A DNA stretch of 64,000 nucleotides from Flavobacteriaceae bacterium (lineage in GTDB: Bacteria; Bacteroidota; Bacteroidia; Flavobacteriales; Flavobacteriaceae): assembly GCA_013001965.1 (NCBI GenBank), contig JABDLA010000135.1, positions 1,823 to 65,822 of the forward strand, written 5' to 3'. Under the pieces are notes generated by a model. It was not told the origin of the DNA. It made no database searches and saw only the letters and a list, made by a program, of their open reading frames with translations. A program made the position numbers and the translations under genes. Shown here one piece after another: positions 57,793 to 64,000 of the stretch (positions are counted from its first letter, which is position 1; each line of letters begins with the position of its first letter).

Positions 57793-58665
57793 ATGTCAAA
57801 TTTGAATTTTTCAAAAATTATTTCAGGTACGATGAACTGGGGAAGTTGGGGCAAACAACTGGACCAAAGGGATATGATCGCCTTAATTAACCATTGTGTT
57901 GAAAATGAGATTACTAGCTTCGATCATGCCGACATATATGGTGGTTATACCACGGAATCGGAATTTGGAAATGCCTTTTCTGAAAGTGGCATCGATCGTG
58001 ATCAGGTGGAATTTATTTCGAAATGTGGTATTCAGTATATGTCTGAAAACAGAACAAATAAAGTAAAGCATTATGATTATTCAAAGTCCTATATCATTGC
58101 ATCGGTGGAGCGCTCTCTGAAAGCCTTGAGAACCGATTATTTAGACCTGTTCTTATTGCATAGACCTAGCCCATTAATGCAAGCTGAAGAAATTTCTGAA
58201 GCTGTAACTCAATTAATTAAAAATGGCAAAATCAAATCTTTTGGAGTTTCAAATTTTACACCCTCACAGGTGGATCTGATCTCAAGTGCCATTCCGGTTA
58301 AAGTGAACCAAATTGAATTTTCACTGACCCATCATAGTGCTATGCATAATGGTGTCTTAGATCAAATGCTGCAACATGATATTAGGCCAATGGCCTGGTC
58401 TCCACTGGGTTCTGTGTTTAAAAGTGACACCGAAGAAAGCCGAAGGATTCACCGTCAACTCGGTCAATTACGAGATACCTATGAGGCTACCGAAGATCAA
58501 CTCCTCCTAGCCTGGATCATGAAGCATCCTTCCGGTATCCATCCTGTGATCGGGACAACAGATGCAAATCGTATTACCAATGCCAATAAAGCTGTAAATA
58601 TAGATCTAGATCTTGAAGATTGGTTCTTGATGCTGGTCGCAAGCCAAGGCCATAAAGTTCCATAA
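57793..58665 (+). CDS. Aldo/keto reductase (YdhF-like)
   Basis: 290 aa with FDHADIYGGYT.E..FG, LLHRP and GVSNF motifs. Confidence 0.88.
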   Translation: MSNLNFSKIISGTMNWGSWGKQLDQRDMIALINHCVENEITSFDHADIYGGYTTESEFGNAFSESGIDRDQVEFISKCGIQYMSENRTNKVKHYDYSKSYIIASVERSLKALRTDYLDLFLLHRPSPLMQAEEISEAVTQLIKNGKIKSFGVSNFTPSQVDLISSAIPVKVNQIEFSLTHHSAMHNGVLDQMLQHDIRPMAWSPLGSVFKSDTEESRRIHRQLGQLRDTYEATEDQLLLAWIMKHPSGIHPVIGTTDANRITNANKAVNIDLDLEDWFLMLVASQGHKVP

Positions 58666-58702
58666 AATGTATTATTTGAATTTGTAAATTAGACCCACTT
58701 CT

Positions 58703-59842
58703 ATGATCAATAAACGATTACTTATCAAGAATCTGTTAGCTCACAATGATGAGAATAGCTTCTATGATAAAAAACGAAAGATCGATATTGGTCAGAAGGA
58801 AGGAAAGGCGAAATTTCTAAAACATATTTGTGCGCTTTCAAACAGCAACCCAAAAAACAATTCCTATATCGTTATTGGTGTAGAGGATGAAGACAATAAA
58901 ATTGTTGGTGTTGATTTTTTTGATGATAGCAAAATTCAAAATCTGATTAACGCTTATCTAGCCAATCCGCCCATTGTACAGTATGAAAACATTCCATTTC
59001 CTCACCTACAGGATGATAAGGTCGTTGGGCTGGTTACCATCAGGGCGAAGTCTAACAATGAAATAACTTCATTGAGACGTAATATTTGGAAGTATTACGG
59101 AGGCTCTGTTTTTATGAGGGAAGGCAGTATGAGCATGCCAAAAATATTTGATATTGAGATAAAGGATGTCAATTCAAACCTTGTTGCTGCAATTGAAAAA
59201 CATGCTCAAAACAATATCAAGCACACCTTAGATGGTGTTTTTGATTTCATGAACAATCGAAAAGATTTCAATCCGCAATACCAGATTTTTAAGGAATATT
59301 TTGTGGTGTGCTGGGCCGGACAAAAGAAAGTCGTCAATGAAGAGATTTTCTATTCGCGTGTTGACATTGAACTCATCAATGAACAGGTACGATTGTTCTT
59401 TTCCACCCTGGATGAAGTGGCTATAGAATTTGACGAGAATTCATTTAAAATATTAGAATATGTCAATCTGGGATTGCACAATCAAGATGCCTATTTCCCT
59501 TTAGAAAAAACGATTATTCAGTTTGAGAATAATGCTAACTACAACATGGATACCGACCTGCTTTTTGAACCCCCTCAATATGATAAAAAGGTTTTACATC
59601 ATATTTTTAATTCGAATAATGCCATACTCGAGAAATTAAAAAAAGGTCTTGCACTTCATAAGGATGAAGTTCAAGACCTTAAAAATCTTCCGTTGACCTA
59701 TCTTATTTGTTATTTCAATGACTTTCCAGATGCCCTCGACAAGCTTCAGGAATCTAAATCATATCTAAGACTGCATAGCGATGAAATCTTTGTTCTTTAC
59801 AAAGAGGCCATTCGTATCTTAAGAAAAGTTAAATACAGTTAG
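58703..59842 (+). CDS. AlbA_2 (Schlafen-like divergent AAA) domain protein with unknown C-terminal half
   Basis: 379 aa. The N-terminal block ENSFYDKKRKIDIGQKEGKAKFLKHICALSNSNPKNNSYIVIGVEDEDNKIVGV is typical of AlbA_2. Confidence 0.6.
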   Translation: MINKRLLIKNLLAHNDENSFYDKKRKIDIGQKEGKAKFLKHICALSNSNPKNNSYIVIGVEDEDNKIVGVDFFDDSKIQNLINAYLANPPIVQYENIPFPHLQDDKVVGLVTIRAKSNNEITSLRRNIWKYYGGSVFMREGSMSMPKIFDIEIKDVNSNLVAAIEKHAQNNIKHTLDGVFDFMNNRKDFNPQYQIFKEYFVVCWAGQKKVVNEEIFYSRVDIELINEQVRLFFSTLDEVAIEFDENSFKILEYVNLGLHNQDAYFPLEKTIIQFENNANYNMDTDLLFEPPQYDKKVLHHIFNSNNAILEKLKKGLALHKDEVQDLKNLPLTYLICYFNDFPDALDKLQESKSYLRLHSDEIFVLYKEAIRILRKVKYS

Positions 59843-59846
59843 TTGA

Positions 59847-60401
59847 TTATCCCTTTGGTTTCTTAGGACAAACCACTGCGTGTGCAATAACGTAAAGTTC
59901 ACCTGAAACATCATCAATTTTATATGAGACGTAATGTGTTCCTTCAGAATCACTTTGACTATTGCCATATTGTCCTGGAGCTACAGTTTGCTGACCATTA
60001 GGCTTTGTTGGATACTTTTCATTGCCAACATACACATGGGTTTCAAATATTAGATAATCAGCAATTGTCTCATACTCCACTTCAATATAATCATCCATAT
60101 AATTGATTGAAACTGTCCCTACAAGTTCGCCTTTAACTTCCATGCATTTGCCTGCGCCTGCATAAAGTGGATAGGACTCATTGTGTGGTTCACTAATAGG
60201 TCCAATGACCCATCCCCAACGGTTAAACCCGTCATTATTAAAACAGCCTGCCTTAAAAAATCCAAATGCGGTTTCACATCCCTCAGGATCCTTTGCATCA
60301 AATGATGCATCAGAAGGAGCTGAGTAGGATTCAATGTTTTGAGTACAAGAACTAAGAACAAAAAGGGCTAAGACAGAAACAAGAAATAATTTTGATTTCA
60401 T
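59847..60401 (-). CDS. Hypothetical lipoprotein (family member P2)
   Basis: 184 aa with a lipobox (LSSCT) and the blocks CETAFGF...RWGW, LYAGAG...GTVSINY...ETHVYVG...APGQYG...VIAHAVV. Confidence 0.65.
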   Translation of the reverse strand: MKSKLFLVSVLALFVLSSCTQNIESYSAPSDASFDAKDPEGCETAFGFFKAGCFNNDGFNRWGWVIGPISEPHNESYPLYAGAGKCMEVKGELVGTVSINYMDDYIEVEYETIADYLIFETHVYVGNEKYPTKPNGQQTVAPGQYGNSQSDSEGTHYVSYKIDDVSGELYVIAHAVVCPKKPKG

Positions 60402-60463
60402 TTTAAGTAAGAATTTGATTAATAGCTTCTTAAAGGTATGAAAAAATCCTATACGGCAAGTCT

Positions 60464-60471
60464 CAAATTTA
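60464..60471 (-). promoter_or_regulatory. -7 box (TAAATTTG on the minus strand) for gene 59847..60401
   Basis: Plus-strand CAAATTTA 63 nt upstream of the ATG. Confidence 0.4.
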
Positions 60472-60551
60472 AGGATATTGGTTATAGCAAAAAGAATTGC
60501 CTATAAGTTGATGATTTGTGTAGTAAAAATATTACAATTAATAAACAAGTT

Positions 60552-60908
60552 TTAATTTGGAATCAATTCGATATCAACCACTTGTGGAATGACATGGCAT
60601 TCATCAGCATCAACCTGAATAAGCTCGGAAGTAAACATTTGATAGGCGGTTGAACTGACTTCAATAATATAATCCCCGGGGCGTTCACCGGCTCCAATAA
60701 AGGCATCAAAGCCCTCAATGTTCATTAGCTCTTCTTCATAATTTCCATCTCTTGCAACTACAGAAATATTGTCTGTTATTATTTCAGCTGTCTCAGCATC
60801 CTTTACGATTACGTTAAGTCCATAAACAAACTGTTCGGTACAGATCACTTGATTGTCGCTTTCGCATTGGGTCAACAGAATTAGCGCAAAAACTATAAGA
60901 TATTTCAT
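60552..60908 (-). CDS. Small lipoprotein with carboxypeptidase-regulatory-like fold
   Basis: 118 aa with a lipobox (LTQCE) and the pattern GLNVIVKDAETAEII...Y..PGDYIIEVS. Confidence 0.5.
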   Translation of the reverse strand: MKYLIVFALILLTQCESDNQVICTEQFVYGLNVIVKDAETAEIITDNISVVARDGNYEEELMNIEGFDAFIGAGERPGDYIIEVSSTAYQMFTSELIQVDADECHVIPQVVDIELIPN

Positions 60909-60958
60909 GGATTGGAGTTTTTTAAAGGATGCAAATTTTTACAAAAGGTTGCGTGCTT

Positions 60959-62149
60959 TTATATAAAATGAAGCTTTTCGAAGGAATTTCCTAAAACGGA
61001 AAGGTCATTAACATTTAGCCATTTATTAAGTACTGTTGCATAAATATTCCTGAAGTCAATTTCAAATTTTATATCGCCATTGGCATCTAACTTTCTTAAA
61101 TTGGCCAAACGGTTGTAAACGCCCTGCTTTTTCAAATTTTTTCCAATGATGAACACATTATTGGCCGCGCCATGATCAGTGCCGTTGGCTGCATTCTGTT
61201 TGACACGCCGTCCAAATTCTGAAAAAGTCAGAATGAGGGTGTCATCGAAGGTTTGGTTGCGTTTCAGATCATTGACAAAAACTTCAATATTGTCTGCATA
61301 GATTTTTAATAACCGTGCCTGGTTCACGGGTTGATTGGCATGGGTATCAAAACCACTTAGGGACGTATAGTAAACCCGGGTTTTTAATCCTGAATTGATA
61401 AATTCGGCCGTTGCTTTTAACTGCTTCCCAAAAATATGTTTCGTGTATTGTCCGCTCGATTTCACCGTTTTACTCGTCTCGTAAATATACCTGGCAGAAG
61501 ATTGAGCTGAAATCATCGATTTATAAAGATAACCCAGGTTATGCTCGCTTAAATGATCATCATGATAATGCTTTAACAACTGTTTAAAATAAGGCTCCCG
61601 AGAAGTATTAAATAAGCGTTTGGCATCATTGGTGGCAATCCCGTTCATATGCTCTCCCTTTAAGGCCAGCGATAAATTTTCATCCACCTCTATGGCATTA
61701 TAAGGTTGCTCACCATATTGATCAAGGTATCTTCCAATCCAGCCAGACTGCAAGAATTGATTTGAATCACTGGCCGTCTGCCATATATCGGTTGATCGAA
61801 AGTGTGACCGGTCTGGATTTGGATAGCCTACGTTATTTAAAATGCTAACATAGCCTTTATCATATAGTCGTTTTAGTGGCAACAGGCTCTTATGAAAACC
61901 TAATTCACTATTAAGCCTGATAATTTCATTAGCCTTCAAGGCTATTTTTGGTCGGTTCCGGTAATAAATATCATTTCTAAATGGAACGACGGTGTTTAAT
62001 CCATCATTTCCTCCTGATAACTGAATAATGACCAGCTTTTTATAGCCCAAGGTGCTGCTTAGAACATCATCAAAGGCCTTGACGAAGCTTGGTACAAGGA
62101 ACAAGCTGCTGGCAAAAGCCGTATTTTTTACAAAATCTCTTCTTTTCAT
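60959..62149 (-). CDS. DUF1501 family protein with Tat signal
   Basis: About 396 aa from MKRRDFVKNTAFASSLF (twin-Arg). Also contains LSGGNDGLNTVVP and GTDHG motifs. Confidence 0.85.
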   Translation of the reverse strand: MKRRDFVKNTAFASSLFLVPSFVKAFDDVLSSTLGYKKLVIIQLSGGNDGLNTVVPFRNDIYYRNRPKIALKANEIIRLNSELGFHKSLLPLKRLYDKGYVSILNNVGYPNPDRSHFRSTDIWQTASDSNQFLQSGWIGRYLDQYGEQPYNAIEVDENLSLALKGEHMNGIATNDAKRLFNTSREPYFKQLLKHYHDDHLSEHNLGYLYKSMISAQSSARYIYETSKTVKSSGQYTKHIFGKQLKATAEFINSGLKTRVYYTSLSGFDTHANQPVNQARLLKIYADNIEVFVNDLKRNQTFDDTLILTFSEFGRRVKQNAANGTDHGAANNVFIIGKNLKKQGVYNRLANLRKLDANGDIKFEIDFRNIYATVLNKWLNVNDLSVLGNSFEKLHFI

Positions 62150-62151
62150 GG

Positions 62152-63564
62152 CTAACACATTTGATATTCGGGTAAAGACATTAACTGGATGCAAAGATCT
62201 CGTTTGGAATTCTTTCCAAGTCCGCTTAAAAATTTACTGGTCCCTTTATTTATCGGTCCGGATAATAGGTGTTCTTTAAGTTTTTCATTGGGCTGTTGTT
62301 GGAAGGACTTCATAAAAACCGACCAGTCTGGATCTACTCCAAATTGGTTTATCGCCCTTTTTCTTTTAATCATTCGAGACATCGCATCATTAAATTCTCC
62401 TTCTTTTTTAAACTGAACAAAGGCTCCGCTCAGTAATATGGCAGGCAATCGTAACCGTAATAGCACCGTATTACTATCAATCCATGCTTTATCGCCTTTC
62501 CATCCCGCAACATTTGGTGGATATAATAATATCTGGCCCAACAGTCTTTGTGCACTAATGATCTTTTGAGGATCCTTGAATTTAAGAGGAACTGTTCTAT
62601 GAATACCAAGAAGCAAATCAACCGGTGATTTTATTTTCGCTCCAATATTGGCTTCATCATAAAACCATGATGACATAAATACAAAGCGCATGAGTTGACC
62701 GATATCATAATTCGGAAAGAAAACGGCAACCATTTCCGAAATATGAGCTTCATTGATATTTTGATTAACGAAATAGCGATAAATTTTTTCGCAAATAAAT
62801 CGGGCGCATTGCTTTTTTGACAAAATGATATCAATGATATCATCACCATCGAAATATCCGCGTTTGCCAAAAAATCGCTTAATACCATGATCATGCTGCA
62901 TCAATCTGATCCTAAAGCCTCCCATAAAATTATGATAATAACCGGTAAAGGCCCTTGCGCTTTCTTTGATATCCTTTTCAGAATAATGCCCGCTTCCCAA
63001 TGTGAACAATTCCATGAGTTCACGTGCAAAATTTTCATTAGGGCTCTTTTTGATATTATGCTTATTGTTCAGGTATATCAGCATGGCCGGTTCTTTTGAA
63101 ATGGCTTTTACAAAATCTCTGAAATTTCCTAATGCATGCCTTCTTAATGTATTGTTATATGCTTGCACATATAAAACATTGTTGTCTTTACAAACGAAAT
63201 GATTTGCCCAAAACAGGGTCATGCGCTCTCTAAGAACCGCCTTTTCACCCGACATACGATGCATCCATGCAATATTCAGTTCCCTGATTTTATCATTGCT
63301 CCTTTTAAAAAATGATCGGACGGCTTTGGGGTCCTTGAATAGTTTTTTTGGATCGATTGATCTAAACTCAGATAAATCGACCTCAAGTTTGTCGTATTGG
63401 CCCGATTCCTCAAAGAGCGAGCCAACAATCTCAGCTCGTGATTTATGTAGTAACTGCTTGTCCTGATTCGGTTTTAATCCGAATCCTGCCCTCCAGTATA
63501 AATGTTTAATATGACTGATCTCCATTTGTAATTGGACTGAATAAAATTGAATTCGTTTAATCAA
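62152..63564 (-). CDS. DUF1800 family protein
   Basis: 470 aa with HLYWRAGFG, LFWANHF, NENFARELMELFTLG and PPNVAGW blocks. An alternative start at 63525 is possible. Confidence 0.85.
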   Translation of the reverse strand: MIKRIQFYSVQLQMEISHIKHLYWRAGFGLKPNQDKQLLHKSRAEIVGSLFEESGQYDKLEVDLSEFRSIDPKKLFKDPKAVRSFFKRSNDKIRELNIAWMHRMSGEKAVLRERMTLFWANHFVCKDNNVLYVQAYNNTLRRHALGNFRDFVKAISKEPAMLIYLNNKHNIKKSPNENFARELMELFTLGSGHYSEKDIKESARAFTGYYHNFMGGFRIRLMQHDHGIKRFFGKRGYFDGDDIIDIILSKKQCARFICEKIYRYFVNQNINEAHISEMVAVFFPNYDIGQLMRFVFMSSWFYDEANIGAKIKSPVDLLLGIHRTVPLKFKDPQKIISAQRLLGQILLYPPNVAGWKGDKAWIDSNTVLLRLRLPAILLSGAFVQFKKEGEFNDAMSRMIKRKRAINQFGVDPDWSVFMKSFQQQPNEKLKEHLLSGPINKGTSKFLSGLGKNSKRDLCIQLMSLPEYQMC

Positions 63565-63578
63565 TACAAAAACAACGC

Positions 63579-63586
63579 CAAATTTA
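63579..63586 (-). promoter_or_regulatory. -7 box (TAAATTTG on the minus strand) for DUF1800-DUF1501
   Basis: Plus-strand CAAATTTA 15 nt upstream of the ATG at 63564. Confidence 0.4.
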
Positions 63587-63617
63587 AAATGCTTTTCAAA
63601 TTGAAATTTATTTGCAC

Positions 63618-63645
63618 AAAAAAACCGTTTGATTCAAACGGTTTT
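63618..63645 (-). terminator. Terminator downstream of the aldehyde dehydrogenase gene
   Basis: AACCGTTTGA/TCAAACGGTT stem with a minus-strand T-run. Confidence 0.75.
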
Positions 63646-63669
63646 AATGTACATATATTTGTGCAATAT

Positions 63670-64000
63670 TTATAAGTCGAACTTTATCCCCTGGGCTAAA
63701 GGCAGGTCAGTAGTATAATTGATCGTATTTGTTTGGCGTCTCATATATACTTTCCAGGCATCGCTTCCCGATTCACGACCGCCACCTGTATCTTTCTCAC
63801 CTCCAAAAGCACCACCAATTTCGGCACCAGAGGTTCCTATATTAACATTTGCGATCCCACAATCGCTTCCGGCATGTGAAAGAAAACGTTCGGCTTCTCT
63901 AAGATTATTCGTCATAATAGCTGAAGACAGACCTTGTGCAACACCATTTTGTACATCAATGGCATTTTCAACATCACCCGAATATTTTAAGAGATATAAA
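63670..64000 (-). CDS. Aldehyde dehydrogenase, ALDH7/piperideine-6-carboxylate dehydrogenase-like (3' part; gene runs off the window)
   Basis: The C-terminus [41 protein letters not shown]...LPLAQGIKF closely resembles the ALDH7 family tail. The reading frame stays open to the window edge. Confidence 0.8.
   Translation of the reverse strand, partial: LYLLKYSGDVENAIDVQNGVAQGLSSAIMTNNLREAERFLSHAGSDCGIANVNIGTSGAEIGGAFGGEKDTGGGRESGSDAWKVYMRRQTNTINYTTDLPLAQGIKFDL

Overview
AT-rich, tightly packed chromosomal segment that looks like a Flavobacteriia (Bacteroidota) core genome. Evidence for that placement: T9SS C-terminal sorting domains, many TAnnTTTG -7 promoter boxes 15-70 nt upstream of start codons, no obvious Shine-Dalgarno sites, and a Bat aerotolerance operon. 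I call 57 protein-coding genes. I see no rRNA, tRNA, CRISPR array, transposase, integrase or prophage structural gene. Housekeeping content includes atpDC, recX, recO, gdhA, yicC-gmk-nadD, gpsA, pheS and cvpA. The most system-like locus is at 2.0-9.5 kb. A phage-CI-type HTH_XRE/S24 self-cleaving repressor (the non-canonical LexA type known from Bacteroidetes) is divergent from a translationally coupled dnaE2-like/dinB operon. The 59-bp control region carries a perfect 17-bp palindrome between two divergent -7 boxes. The repressor is also translationally coupled to a GNAT acetyltransferase, followed by a sodium:solute symporter. Other loci: a 1765-aa multidomain T9SS cargo protein; a PorZ-like/recO/TonB-receptor gene string; an AraC / TonB receptor / HmuY heme-type locus; a SulP / beta-carbonic anhydrase pair; an eight-gene MoxR-DUF58-BatABCDE operon with an unusual 561-aa BatD-N/DUF4381-like protein; a DUF1800/DUF1501 pair; an orphan AlbA_2 protein; and a small family of divergent lipoproteins. 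I do not see compelling evidence for a wholly new multi-gene system. The findings are ranked accordingly, and all homology calls are motif recognition by eye, not database searches.
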